DNA of 64,000 nucleotides from an uncultured Gammaproteobacteria bacterium (GCA_947259885.1 CAMYNW010000021.1:8836-72835); one strand, 5' to 3'. Shown: positions 45,854 through 56,196, counted from the stretch's first letter. The notes: generated by a model not told the origin, from the sequence alone. A program made the numbers and translations.

Positions 45854-47179
45854 ATGAAAAGTACAGCAGAAAGAATAGTAGACCCAGCACCAATGTCGGC
45901 TCAATCGAACGATGACTTGATGCAGCGGCGCGGGCAGGCAGTGGCACGTGGCGTGGGTGCCATTCATCCGGTATTTGCCGAACGGGCCGAGAATGCCACG
46001 GTGTGGGATGTCGAAGGAAATGAGTATATTGACTTCGCTGGCGGCATTGCGGTGCTGAATACCGGCCACCTTCATCCCAGGGTTAAACAGGCGGCGGCCC
46101 GGCAGCTCGAAGCATTTTCCCATACCTGTTTTATGGTGCTGGGATATGAAAGTTATGTCGAGTTGTGCGAGAAGATAAATGCTCTGGTGCCCGGGGATTT
46201 CGCGAAGAAAAGCGCGCTGTTCACCTCCGGCTCGGAGGCGGTAGAAAATGCGGTCAAGGTTGCGCGAGCATGGACCAAACGAGCCGGCGTGATTGCCTTT
46301 ACTTCCGGTTATCACGGTCGCACCATGGCGACTCTGGCGCTTACCGGCAAAGTCGCCCCTTACAGTACCGGAATGGGGCTTATGCCGGGTGCGGTTTTTC
46401 GTGCTGAGTTCCCTTGTGCAGTGCATGGTATCAGTGAAGATGACGCGATTGAGTCAATTCATAGAATTTTTAAAAATGACGCGGAACCAGCTGATATTGC
46501 GGCAATAATTTTAGAGCCGGTACAGGGCGAAGGTGGATTTTATGTTGCCTCTCCAAGCTTTATGCAGCGCTTGCGCGAGATTTGCGATGACCACGGTATT
46601 GTGCTGATAGCAGACGAAGTGCAGACCGGTGCCGGCCGAACCGGGACCTTCTTCGCAATGGAACAGATGGGGGTGGCGGCTGACGTTACCGCATTCGCAA
46701 AATCTATCGCTGGAGGATTTCCCTTATCAGGAATAACGGGTAAGGCGGAAATCATTGATGCAATCGCCCCTGGAGGTCTTGGCGGTACCTATGGCGGCAG
46801 CCCTATTGCCTGCGCGGCGGCACTTGCGGTGCTGGAGGTGTTTGAAGAGGAGAAACTGGTCAAACGATCGGCAGAAATTGGAAAGGTGATGACCGAACGG
46901 CTAACAAAGCTCGCCGATCGTTACAGCACCATAGGGGAAGTTCGGGGTCTGGGCGCCATGGTAGCCGTTGAGTTGTTCAAGGATGGCGATCATAGTCAGC
47001 CTGATGCCAAACTCGCAGCAGATATATTATCTCTGGCCAGGAACAAGGGATTGATTCTGCTGTCATGCGGTACTTACGGCAATGTGGTGAGGTTACTTGT
47101 GCCGCTCACGGTGCCAGATCAACAGCTAAACAAAGGTTTGGACATCATCGAACTGTGTTTTGACGAACTGATGGGCTGA
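45854..47179 (+). CDS. gabT: 4-aminobutyrate--2-oxoglutarate transaminase
   Basis: Class III aminotransferase: VWDVEGNEYIDFAGGIAVLNTGHLHPRV, LIADEVQTGAGRTG, FAKSIAGGFPLSG (PLP-Lys). The start could also be the ATG at 45893. Confidence 0.9.
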   Translation: MKSTAERIVDPAPMSAQSNDDLMQRRGQAVARGVGAIHPVFAERAENATVWDVEGNEYIDFAGGIAVLNTGHLHPRVKQAAARQLEAFSHTCFMVLGYESYVELCEKINALVPGDFAKKSALFTSGSEAVENAVKVARAWTKRAGVIAFTSGYHGRTMATLALTGKVAPYSTGMGLMPGAVFRAEFPCAVHGISEDDAIESIHRIFKNDAEPADIAAIILEPVQGEGGFYVASPSFMQRLREICDDHGIVLIADEVQTGAGRTGTFFAMEQMGVAADVTAFAKSIAGGFPLSGITGKAEIIDAIAPGGLGGTYGGSPIACAAALAVLEVFEEEKLVKRSAEIGKVMTERLTKLADRYSTIGEVRGLGAMVAVELFKDGDHSQPDAKLAADILSLARNKGLILLSCGTYGNVVRLLVPLTVPDQQLNKGLDIIELCFDELMG

Positions 47180-47204
47180 GGCTAAAAGAGACAGCCACTA
47201 TAAT

Positions 47205-47240
47205 AGAGAATCCGGATTTTCCGAATAAGTCGGATTCTCT
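47205..47240. terminator. 10-bp perfect hairpin between convergent gabT and amidase genes (candidate bidirectional terminator)
   Basis: AGAGAATCCG (47205-47214) pairs with CGGATTCTCT (47231-47240), with a 16-nt loop. There is no strong U-tract. Confidence 0.4.
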
Positions 47241-47261
47241 CTATAGGACTGATTTACCCCT

Positions 47262-48764
47262 TCAGTTGGCAGGGAATTGCGGCTCGGATAACTCCCCGGG
47301 GGGCGACACGGATTCCAGATCAGGAATGTAACCCACCTGCGCAGAGTCAGTCTGCCCGCCGTCGGCTCTTGCGACAAAATCGGGAGCAATTTGGTGCTGC
47401 CAGCCGATAATCTTTTCGATTGCTTCGGCGGCATCCAGCACCTCCAGATCGTGGCCTGGTCGCCCCATAATCTGTAAACCCACCGGTAATCCGCTTTCTC
47501 CAAAGCCCATTGGAATAGAGCAGGACGGCATACCGGTTAAGTTGGCGTCGTAGAGTAACCCAGCCCAGTCAAGCCACGGATAGGTGATCTCTTTTTGTTC
47601 AATCGCAACCGGATGGGTTAGAGAGCCGTCGAACGCTTCGCAGCCAAGCGCAGGGGTGATCAGAATGTCGGAATGACTGCGATCGAACATTGCGCTGTAG
47701 GCGTTGAAAATTTCTCTCTGATGCGAATGGGAATCGGCGATATCCTGATCGGTAAACCTGCTGCCGAAGTGAATGAATTCGCGTGCATACCTGCCTACGA
47801 TATGCCTGAAATCGGGGTGATTGAATTCCTGATCTCGTTTATGTAGCCACATGTCATGGGTCGCAAGAGAGGCCCATGTGACGACCGAAGAAGTCAAGCC
47901 GGGATTGGATTCGATACAGGTGATTTCTGCATCTGCAAGCTGCAGGGCTACCTGCCTGAAACACTCGCGAATCGAAGCGTCTACGGGTGCAAAACCAAGA
48001 TCTTCAGAAACGACAATTCTTAGCGGGGCGTCTTTTTCTTTCTTCGGCGCTGGCATCAGTTTGTCGTGGGTCGCGACGGCATCGAACATCAACCTGGCGT
48101 CCGCTACCGAGCGTGCCATTGGACCGTAGGCGATCAAAGCGTCCCAGGTTCCGAAGCCCGGGCCTCGAGGCACCACACCGTGGGTAGGTTTAAACCCGAC
48201 GACACCGCAAAAGGCTGCGGGGATGCGGATCGAACCCCCACCATCACCACCCAAGGAGAAACTGCCAACTCCCGCTGCAATGGATGCCGCGGCGCCGCCG
48301 GAAGACCCACCGGGCGTTTTACTCAGGTCCCACGGATTACGGGTCGCCCCATACAGCGGGGAATTGTTGGTACCGCTGAGACAAAATTCAGGGCAGGTGG
48401 TCTTACCGAAAATCACCGCACCGGCTTGCTCCAGCCTGTCGACCGAGCGGCAGGTCGCATTGGGAATAAAATTGACCAGGGATTGCGACCCGTTGGCGCA
48501 GCGCACCCCCTTTAGCCATTGCGAATCCTTGATTGAAACGGGCAGTCCACAGAGTGGGCCTGGGCGTCCTCTTCGTAGGACTCTGTCGGCCTTGTCCGCG
48601 GCCTCCATGGCGCGCTGGTCCAGGCGCAATGCAATCGGATTGACTGTGCCCGCTATGCGGGTTGCCCGTTCAAGAGTGGCCTCAAGTAATTCGGTAGCGG
48701 AAACCTCTCTGCGCAGGAGTGCGTCGCGTTGTGCTAACGCTGATCGATCAATCCAGGAAGTCAT
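47262..48764 (-). CDS. Amidase (amidase-signature family)
   Basis: 500 aa with the AS motif GGSSGGAAASIAAGVGSFSLGGDGGGSIRIPAAFCGVVGFKPTHG. Confidence 0.85.
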   Translation of the reverse strand: MTSWIDRSALAQRDALLRREVSATELLEATLERATRIAGTVNPIALRLDQRAMEAADKADRVLRRGRPGPLCGLPVSIKDSQWLKGVRCANGSQSLVNFIPNATCRSVDRLEQAGAVIFGKTTCPEFCLSGTNNSPLYGATRNPWDLSKTPGGSSGGAAASIAAGVGSFSLGGDGGGSIRIPAAFCGVVGFKPTHGVVPRGPGFGTWDALIAYGPMARSVADARLMFDAVATHDKLMPAPKKEKDAPLRIVVSEDLGFAPVDASIRECFRQVALQLADAEITCIESNPGLTSSVVTWASLATHDMWLHKRDQEFNHPDFRHIVGRYAREFIHFGSRFTDQDIADSHSHQREIFNAYSAMFDRSHSDILITPALGCEAFDGSLTHPVAIEQKEITYPWLDWAGLLYDANLTGMPSCSIPMGFGESGLPVGLQIMGRPGHDLEVLDAAEAIEKIIGWQHQIAPDFVARADGGQTDSAQVGYIPDLESVSPPGELSEPQFPAN

Positions 48765-48820
48765 TAAAGTTTATTGGGTGAAAGCGTCGATTTAAGGAGC
48801 GGGACAGTTACGAGTTTCTA

Positions 48821-49249
48821 TTGTTTTGCACTGACACTATGGACCATAATGTAGGCAAGCAGCTGTTTATTGTCAACACTATGGATCAAGATGTATCTCT
48901 GGGGATTGTTGGTGCCATTGCCCAGGCAGATATCGCACCGATGCGCGGAGCGGGCCGTATCGCCGATTATGCCCTGATTTACCGGGTAGTGCGCCTGCAT
49001 CAGGGTGGCGGTTACGGTGATCAGAACCGGCATCCGCTTGCCTGGGCCGCCGCGCTGTACGTCGATGGTCAGCTTTATCGCGTGTTCAACGCCCGGGGTG
49101 CCGGACGTGAATGGGTGAGCCTGGATAAACTTGGTAACTGGCTGCGAGAACAGGGTTTCTGGTACTGGTGGACGCGCAACGATCTCGAAGTTCTGGGTGA
49201 GGCAGAGAACGAATTCGAAGCACCGGATCCGCCCTTTATGCCGCTCTAA
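48821..49249 (+). CDS. Hypothetical protein
   Basis: 142-aa ORF with plausible coding composition. The C-terminal part reads YRVFNARGAGREWVSLDKLGNWLREQGFWYWW. I recognise no family, and the start is uncertain. Confidence 0.4.
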   Translation: MFCTDTMDHNVGKQLFIVNTMDQDVSLGIVGAIAQADIAPMRGAGRIADYALIYRVVRLHQGGGYGDQNRHPLAWAAALYVDGQLYRVFNARGAGREWVSLDKLGNWLREQGFWYWWTRNDLEVLGEAENEFEAPDPPFMPL

Positions 49250-49255
49250 GCAGCT

Positions 49256-50251
49256 CTATTCTTTCGCATAATCAACTGCATAGGAACCACTTACAAAGTG
49301 GTTTATGGCAAAGTCCCACCGATGCTGCGGCCAGAGGTAGGACGCCTGGCGCGAAACAGGTCGGTACACCGCGGTATAGAGCGTGCCGAATCCGCGCCGG
49401 TAGGCATTGTTAAAAATCGGGGGCCTTAAGAATCCGGCGATCAGACCTTCGGCAGTTTCTTCGGTATCCGCCAGGATGGATTGCACCGCGCTTTCTCGCT
49501 CGAGCGTAGCGGTTGCCCAGGCGTGGCGCGGCCACTCCACTTTTCCCTGGTGATTGGTGGCGACCGGCACCTGGCGTACTACCGGCAGTTTATCCGGGGC
49601 GACATAAACCGTGGCAAACCTTTGAGATGGATCCACCACTGTAATGTTGTACGACATGTGGGTCGGCACTCTTTGCAGCACTTCGATCGCCTCATCAGTA
49701 GTTTTACAAAATTCGAGGATGTAACGAAGAATGAGCGGTATGCCAAATCCCTTTCCAGATTCGAGGCGGCCTCCAAATGCCAGCGACACCGCGAGTCCCG
49801 ATTCATTGATACCGTCGAGGACACCCCAGAGGGCGTCTGACATGGCGATCACGGTTTGTCCGTTCCAGCACGATTTCAGCAGCACCGCTTCGAGTCGCTG
49901 TGCACTGTAATCGTAATTGCGCACCAGCAATGGTTCGTCACCGGTCCAGACCGCTTGTGTGCACCCACTGAGATAGGGAGGGGGGCAATAAAGAGATAGG
50001 AAGCGGGACACCATATCGCCGCCGCCTGCCAGTTCGCACAGACGTTCGAAAGTGGGGAGCAGTTCCGGCATATGCTGACGCAGAGCGCGTCTGCTTTCCA
50101 CATAACTTGGTCGGGCTGCGTCCCCCTCGGACGAAAACCAGGTCTGATAGAGCGGCCAAAGGCGACGCTGCAGTGCCTGCCAATGCGTTCCCGGCAGCGA
50201 CTCCTCGACAGCCTGAAAGGTCGCCGAGGTCGCATTGTGCGAGCTGGTCAA
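49256..50251 (-). CDS. C45-family Ntn enzyme (acyl-CoA:6-APA acyltransferase / choloylglycine hydrolase-like)
   Basis: 331 aa. Candidate autoprocessing site YLSG-CTQAVW, followed by LLVRNYDY, as in C45 peptidases. The TTG start directly abuts the stop of the ATP-grasp gene (TAG-TTG). Confidence 0.55.
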   Translation of the reverse strand: MTSSHNATSATFQAVEESLPGTHWQALQRRLWPLYQTWFSSEGDAARPSYVESRRALRQHMPELLPTFERLCELAGGGDMVSRFLSLYCPPPYLSGCTQAVWTGDEPLLVRNYDYSAQRLEAVLLKSCWNGQTVIAMSDALWGVLDGINESGLAVSLAFGGRLESGKGFGIPLILRYILEFCKTTDEAIEVLQRVPTHMSYNITVVDPSQRFATVYVAPDKLPVVRQVPVATNHQGKVEWPRHAWATATLERESAVQSILADTEETAEGLIAGFLRPPIFNNAYRRGFGTLYTAVYRPVSRQASYLWPQHRWDFAINHFVSGSYAVDYAKE

Positions 50252-51712
50252 CTATAAAATCTTGAACGCGTCCTTTTTAAGTCCAACCGGCGGTGCAGGC
50301 GCATTATCAACCTCTTCCAGAGACATGCCCTGGTACTCGCCGACGATGCCGTTTATCCACGCCTTGGCGCGATCGTTTAATTCAAAATCGTCGGTCATCA
50401 GACGCCCCCGTGTGATCAAGATCCCAAGATCGGCACCCTTGTAGCGGTAATCTCCCTGACCGCTGATGCGCAGATAGAAGCCATGGCTCTCATCTTCAAC
50501 CGCACGCCGGTGATAATCGAAGCGTGTAAACGAAATACTATTGTCATCCTGCAGTTTCCAGATGCCTGATTCTGGCGCTTTGGTAATGTAGTCGATGCTT
50601 TGATCGACATGTTTAATCACCAGCTGGCTCCAGCTGTCAATATTGTCAGGATCCGCCCAGCGCTGATTGAGTTCATCGATATCGATTTCAAACGGTACAT
50701 CGGAAAACTCCAGCAGGTGAAACAGAAAAAGCGGCGCATCAGCATGGGCAAACGCAGCGTGATTGGTCATTGAGCTGGCGCCGGTCACCCTTGGATTCAA
50801 TTCACCCAGATAGAGCTCATTGCTGGCCAGGTCGATCAGAAAGTCTAATTCAAAGTAGCCGCGATACCCTTCCTCGCGGAGCGCTTCGCCAAAGTTTCGG
50901 GTGTAGTTTCGTGCTTTGTCGCGTATCTCCTGGTTGAATGAATCAGCAAAAATTTCATTACCACACCATCCGCCCTTGTACGGTGTCAATTCCTTGAACC
51001 CAACGAGTTCTGTCATTAAAGGACCAACGATGGTGCCGCATTTCGTTGCGCAGGCTTCGATGGCTGAACCCCGGCAGTTGATGCGTTTCATTATTTTCAT
51101 TTCCGGTTCGGCAATGATTTCTTCCTTGTGCCTGTCCCAGTCCTCTTCGCTCGCGATAAAGAAGGTGGTTTTTCCGGAGTCCCCGAATGCGGTTTGCAGA
51201 ACGAGATCGTCACCCAGGCCTTCGGAGGCTTTCTGCAGATCATCATAGCTTTTTATGGTGGCGAGTGCGTTTGGTACGCTTGGCACACCGGCACGATTGC
51301 CAATGCGTACCGTTTCGATCTTGTTATCCATCTTTGATCTGAGCTTCGCCGAAGGAAACCATATATCCAGTCCGGTTTCCTTGCAAATCGATTCAGTCTC
51401 CTCGTTAAACATCAGAAACACCGCTTTACCGCCGGGACCCCGATGGTTGATGTAGTCCACTACCTCTTTATGCTGCAGCAAGTAGTTGTTGATATCTTCG
51501 ATACCAGTAAATTCCCGGTGCGGCTGTTCTTCAGGGATCCGCACGTTAGGGTGACGGCCGTCGAAACAATCGATGTAGTTGATATAGCGAAAGTTGCGTA
51601 CCCATTCGTTGATGCCAAGCAGGTTAAAATTGGTGGCGCTAACGAAATAAATCGGTGTTTCATTACGGTGAAAATAACGACGGATATCAGAAAGGCCTGA
51701 CAGTTTTTTCAT
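50252..51712 (-). CDS. ATP-grasp family carboxylate-amine/peptide ligase-like protein
   Basis: LVLQTAFGDSGKTTFFI, GGWCGNEI, YRGYFELDFLID, and LGELNPRVTGAS (Mg/ATP-binding E-x-N) are ATP-grasp hallmarks. I prefer the ATG at 51712 (GAGGA 8 nt upstream) over the GTG at 51880. Confidence 0.6.
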   Translation of the reverse strand: MKKLSGLSDIRRYFHRNETPIYFVSATNFNLLGINEWVRNFRYINYIDCFDGRHPNVRIPEEQPHREFTGIEDINNYLLQHKEVVDYINHRGPGGKAVFLMFNEETESICKETGLDIWFPSAKLRSKMDNKIETVRIGNRAGVPSVPNALATIKSYDDLQKASEGLGDDLVLQTAFGDSGKTTFFIASEEDWDRHKEEIIAEPEMKIMKRINCRGSAIEACATKCGTIVGPLMTELVGFKELTPYKGGWCGNEIFADSFNQEIRDKARNYTRNFGEALREEGYRGYFELDFLIDLASNELYLGELNPRVTGASSMTNHAAFAHADAPLFLFHLLEFSDVPFEIDIDELNQRWADPDNIDSWSQLVIKHVDQSIDYITKAPESGIWKLQDDNSISFTRFDYHRRAVEDESHGFYLRISGQGDYRYKGADLGILITRGRLMTDDFELNDRAKAWINGIVGEYQGMSLEEVDNAPAPPVGLKKDAFKIL

Positions 51713-51891
51713 TGTATTGATCCTCGTTTCTGAATTTTCCGGCTCATGAGAAGCAGGTTCTTGAGCGGTTTCAGGGCTAATGGATTGGTGTGGCGGGTCC
51801 GGTGGTAGCACCGTTTGGAACCAAAGCTTCAACCTGCTGAACAGGGAGGCGATAAATGTGAGTATAGGTGCTTCAGCCACGAAAGGAAATG

Positions 51892-54678
51892 TTATGCGGT
51901 TCGCTCAGCAGCTCTGGCAAGCGCATCGTCGGTAAACACAATCAATCCGAGTTCAGGTTCGTATCCGTGAATCTCCTTAACATCCAGCTTACGCATGAAA
52001 GTGATGATGTCGCTGCTGATGACCTGGCCCGGCACTAAAACTGGGAAGCCCGGCGGATAGGGGATGACAAAGCTCGCCGATACCAGCTCACGCCCTGCGT
52101 CGATTTCCTTCTCAAGACCGCCGTTACCGATATCCACATAGCTGTAATTGATATCGTCATAAGCGAGAAAGAATGCCTTTCTTAGATCTCCATCAGGCGT
52201 GTTTTTGTCTGGTTGAGGCCGGAACGCATCATGGAAGCGGCTGAAATCCGGCAGCGGGGGTAAATCTTTGGTAAGTGAATGTACCCTTTTTTGTAGCAGA
52301 CGAATTTCCGAGCTGCTGTATTCCTCGCGCTCTTGTTCAAGTTCGTCGGCTATTTTTGTCAATACCTCTATCAAGAACGCGACAGAGCTGCGGGTGGTAC
52401 CTATATTGGTCATAAACAGTACCGTGTTACGCGACGTCTTGTTGATCTGAATGCCGTATTTATCCATCAGGTACTGATTTTTGAAGGTGTCGCCGTCAAT
52501 TCCGGTTTCACCAAGATACAGCGTCAGCCTTGTCGGATCGACCACGAAGTCGTCGATCTCCCAGGCTTTTTCCATTCTGTCATTTACCCATCCGGTTTCA
52601 GGATCGAAATAAGACTTGATGCCGGAAGGTCGATATTCTTCAGGCACCATATCCTCGGCCACCAGGAAGCGGAAGTGCTTGCGCAGCTTCGGACTGTTTG
52701 CGACCTGCTCACGAATGGTCATCGCAAGTTCGATTTGCTTCTGCACCATTTCATAGCCTTCAAGCTCTACCTGCCTGCGGCCCAGATCCAGCGATGCGAG
52801 AATCTGGTAGTTGGGCGATGTCGAGGTGTGGGTCATGAACGCTTCGTCGAAAGGTTCGGCGACTTTTTGTTTGAAAAGCTGATCGTAAATATGAATCATG
52901 GACCCCTGGCGCAGTGCGGTCAGGGATTTGTGCGTAGATTGTGTTGCGTATACCCGCACCTTGACCAGGTCTGGGTCGGGTAGCAGTCGGGTTTCCAGAA
53001 GTTGCTCCGGGGTTGGTGCATCGCCAAGCGCCTTCTTTTGCGCAATATATTGTTCGCGGTAATCTTCAGTGCGGTAGCGGATGGCGAGTTTTCTCGCCAC
53101 GGCCATGGCGGTCCGCTGACGATAGGTGGGCGTGAATGCGGCAAATGCAAACCAAGCTTCGTCCCACAGAAACACGAGGTCCGGTTTGATTGCCAGACAT
53201 TCTTCCATCACTCGTTCAACATTGTAGACCACGCCGTCAAAAGTACAGTTGGTCAACAGCAACATCTTTACCTGGTCCAACCGGCCCTCGGTGCGATACG
53301 TCAGCAGCCTCTGTTTGATTTCCGAGAGACTTACCGCACCATACATCGAATATTGGTGCAGGGGATAAGAATCCAGGTAAGACACGTGAGCGCCAGAAAG
53401 CACCAGACCGTAATGATGGGATTTATGGCAGTCCCGATCGATCAGGACGATATCACGCGGTTTTACCAGCGACTGCACCACGATCTTATTCGCGGTGGAG
53501 GTTCCGTTGGTGACAAAGTAGGTTCGTCTGGCGCCAAAGGCCCTGGCTGCATATTCCTGGGCACGTTTGATTGGACCGTGAGGCTGCAGCAGGGAATCGA
53601 GCCCGCCGGATGTCGCCGAGGTTTCGGCCAGGAATATGTTAATGCCGTAAAAATTGACCATATCCTGAATCCAGTTCGAATTCGTAACCGATTTGCCACG
53701 CGAAATGGGCATGGCATGAAACACCCCGGTGGGTTTCTGGCTGTATGATCGCAGCGCGTTGAAAAATGGCGTTTCGTACCGACGCTGGATCCCTCGTAGC
53801 AGATTGAGATGCAGCTCCAGGTAGTCGTCGTGACGATAAAACACACGCCGGAAGATTTTCGAGCTGGAGCCAGCAATGGATTCAACGGATTCGTCAGTGA
53901 CCAGATACAAATCGATTTCTGGCCTGAGTTCGGCCAGCACAGCGCCCAGCATTGGACCATTCCCGGTATCTGCCATATCTTCATAATCAACATCACTGAT
54001 CGAACGCGTGTAGCGGTTCAGAATCTCCAGATGGTTTTTTGACCGCAGCGGAAACTCGTAACGGATAACGCATGCCTGAATATTGTAATTGAACACTAAT
54101 GCTATCAGTGCGTCTTCAAAACTGGGCACCGCGATCAGGTTATAGACGAAATCATCCTCGGGCCGGATTACACGCTCGAATCCTTGTTTTAGAGTATCAA
54201 TTTCCTGATATGCGTTTTTATCGACGAACAGTGTTTCAAAGTAGGGCTTGTGGTCCGTCGCGGCCTGGCGTTTTTTATCCTCCGCGTAGTCTCGTGAATC
54301 TTCTCTGGCTGCGTTGAGCGGGTGAATTTCCTTGAGCCCTTGTTGACGGTAATTACCGCTGGTAATATTCCAGACAACATTGGAGATGCATTGTTCGAAT
54401 GCGGGATAGTTCTTGCCCTTAAGTAACTGATGAAGGAGTTCCATCAGGCTGTGCGAGGGGTAGGCGGTATATTCTTCTAGTGTTTTAAGTACGCCCAGTA
54501 AATACTCGACCTTCTGTAGAGCGTCGGAATAGTCCTGTCTAGACTGCTGCCGCTTTCTTAGTCGGGTGGCGTATTCTGATAGCCTGTGCCATCCATCAAA
54601 GCGGAACTGTGTCGGACTATGAAAGTAATCCAGACGTATTTTTTCGTCTTCAGTCTCTCGGTTGTGGTGTTTATTCAA
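51892..54678 (-). CDS. Large (928 aa) Orn/Lys/Arg decarboxylase-fold PLP enzyme with an extra N-terminal extension
   Basis: OKR_DC_1 features: FHAMPISRGKS, SATSGGLDSLL, TNGTSTANK, DRDCHKSHHYG, and YATQSTHKSLTALRQGSMIH (PLP-Lys). A CheY-like wing segment lies at about aa 145-215, preceded by about 140 aa that I cannot assign. Confidence 0.85.
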   Translation of the reverse strand: MNKHHNRETEDEKIRLDYFHSPTQFRFDGWHRLSEYATRLRKRQQSRQDYSDALQKVEYLLGVLKTLEEYTAYPSHSLMELLHQLLKGKNYPAFEQCISNVVWNITSGNYRQQGLKEIHPLNAAREDSRDYAEDKKRQAATDHKPYFETLFVDKNAYQEIDTLKQGFERVIRPEDDFVYNLIAVPSFEDALIALVFNYNIQACVIRYEFPLRSKNHLEILNRYTRSISDVDYEDMADTGNGPMLGAVLAELRPEIDLYLVTDESVESIAGSSSKIFRRVFYRHDDYLELHLNLLRGIQRRYETPFFNALRSYSQKPTGVFHAMPISRGKSVTNSNWIQDMVNFYGINIFLAETSATSGGLDSLLQPHGPIKRAQEYAARAFGARRTYFVTNGTSTANKIVVQSLVKPRDIVLIDRDCHKSHHYGLVLSGAHVSYLDSYPLHQYSMYGAVSLSEIKQRLLTYRTEGRLDQVKMLLLTNCTFDGVVYNVERVMEECLAIKPDLVFLWDEAWFAFAAFTPTYRQRTAMAVARKLAIRYRTEDYREQYIAQKKALGDAPTPEQLLETRLLPDPDLVKVRVYATQSTHKSLTALRQGSMIHIYDQLFKQKVAEPFDEAFMTHTSTSPNYQILASLDLGRRQVELEGYEMVQKQIELAMTIREQVANSPKLRKHFRFLVAEDMVPEEYRPSGIKSYFDPETGWVNDRMEKAWEIDDFVVDPTRLTLYLGETGIDGDTFKNQYLMDKYGIQINKTSRNTVLFMTNIGTTRSSVAFLIEVLTKIADELEQEREEYSSSEIRLLQKRVHSLTKDLPPLPDFSRFHDAFRPQPDKNTPDGDLRKAFFLAYDDINYSYVDIGNGGLEKEIDAGRELVSASFVIPYPPGFPVLVPGQVISSDIITFMRKLDVKEIHGYEPELGLIVFTDDALARAAERTA

Positions 54679-55325
54679 GTGTCGGTGTTATGATTTTTCG
54701 TACGTACCGTAAACTCATCATACGCTGTTGCGATTATGAGGTCCAGAATCAGTTGCGAGTCACTGACAAACCACAACAACAACTAATCACCTTGCAGAAA
54801 TAACTATTTTTGTATCGTTTCGTGGTTGCTGCTTTATACATCACCACTTTTCTGAGCTTTTTTGCAAGCAGTAAAGTGGAGAAATTTCCAGGCGCGACAT
54901 GGCATATTTTTTCAGGAATTTGGTGCACACGTGAGCGTTTTCTTCATCACCAGTGAACCGATAAAAGTTCTCTATTTTCGATTTGTTGCAGAGCATTCTG
55001 CTGAGTGTTTTGCGTGGGCGTACTGGCTGCTTGTTCAAAGTTTTTACTGCAGTGACCTGAATTTTATCAATGATAATTTATAAATTGGTGGTGTGGCAAA
55101 CCGAGCAGCGGCGCGGACCTGAATTTTTCCAGCGGTCTAGATCGATCGAACTTATGGATAAAACGAAATGACTTGCGAGTGAAGGGCATGCATGATTTCC
55201 CGGCCTTGATTGGCAAAACAGATTAGACTGATAAATGTGCAGGCAATATTTAGCCCATCTATTTGTCAGTTAATGTGTTTTCCGTTATGCATTCTCAGTT
55301 TTTTACTGGAGATTTGGAATCCTGG

Positions 55326-55589
55326 TTAACGTAACGCGCTCAAGTTGGCGGTCAACGAAACATTTGATAGCTCGAGTTGTTCGTTTATCTTGTGTGCCAG
55401 GTCGGCTTCGGGACCGCAGCCAAGTGTAGCGGCGTTACGGTGAGCTACAGTGGTTTGCTGCACAGCCTTAATAAGGGTGCGTTCAACGATCCTGGAAATT
55501 TTCTGCCTCACTTCGTCGGAAAGACTTACATCTGGAAAAGCTCTATCCAGCTCGTCGACTGTATCATCAGCTAGTGTTTTTAAAGTCAT
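55326..55589 (-). CDS. Hypothetical small protein (87 aa)
   Basis: ATG start, helical-looking sequence, isolated transcription unit. No family recognised. Confidence 0.4.
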   Translation of the reverse strand: MTLKTLADDTVDELDRAFPDVSLSDEVRQKISRIVERTLIKAVQQTTVAHRNAATLGCGPEADLAHKINEQLELSNVSLTANLSALR

Positions 55590-55798
55590 GGGATACCCTT
55601 TTAGTAATCAAAGTTATTAGTAATTAAATAAATCAAGATGTGGAAGTATTATATAGTAGTCTTTGCGGCACTTTAATATCTATCTACACACTAAATACAG
55701 CGATCAATAGCATGCTTTGTGTCCGAAGGATTTGCAATTTGCTAGGTTAAGATGTCAACATCGCTCGGGTTGAACATTAACTGGAAAAGAATAGGACA

Positions 55799-56047
55799 AT
55801 GTTTGGAGAAAAGCACGATTTATTGCACGAGTTTCCTCAGCACAAGGAGCTTATTCATCAGTTAAAGATGAATAATGCACGCTTTGCTCGATTATTTGAC
55901 GATTACCATGATATAGAACATGAAGTTCATCGGATAGAGCAGGGAGTTGAAACTCCCTCGGACGAATATCTGGAGCTTCAGAAAAAGAAGCGACTGCACT
56001 TAAAAGACGAGTTGCTTGCAATAATTAAGGGCTCGACAGCGCGTTGA
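55799..56047 (+). CDS. YdcH-like DUF465 protein
   Basis: 82 aa. HDLLHEFPQHKELIHQLKMNNARFARLFDDYHDIEHEVHRIE is a typical DUF465 pattern. Confidence 0.8.
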   Translation: MFGEKHDLLHEFPQHKELIHQLKMNNARFARLFDDYHDIEHEVHRIEQGVETPSDEYLELQKKKRLHLKDELLAIIKGSTAR

Positions 56048-56196
56048 GCGTTAAACCCACGCTATGGTGAAAATACGAAGCCATGCCCATTATAATAACT
56101 CGCAAATGGTAAACAACCTGATGACCTGCACAAACTAACAGGCGACTTCAGTGGTGTTGGAACAAACTGTCGAAAGATACTAGGGGAATAGGGGGC

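Noticed and set aside
45770-46426. 218-aa minus-strand ORF overlapping the gabT 5' half
   Set aside because: Antisense shadow. gabT is unambiguous.
52333-53748. 216-aa and 248-aa plus-strand ORFs inside the decarboxylase gene
   Set aside because: They are antisense to a 928-aa ORF with PLP-enzyme motifs.
54841-55083. 65-aa (-) and 73-aa (+) ORFs in the spacer upstream of the decarboxylase operon
   Set aside because: They overlap each other and I recognise no SD or family. This is more likely a promoter or leader region.
56184-56194. GGGAATAGGGG 11-mer shared between 38964-38974 and 56184-56194 as a dispersed repeat element
   Set aside because: Only two short copies are visible in 64 kb, so chance cannot be distinguished from a REP-like element without the whole genome. 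I mention it under the decay-zone finding only.
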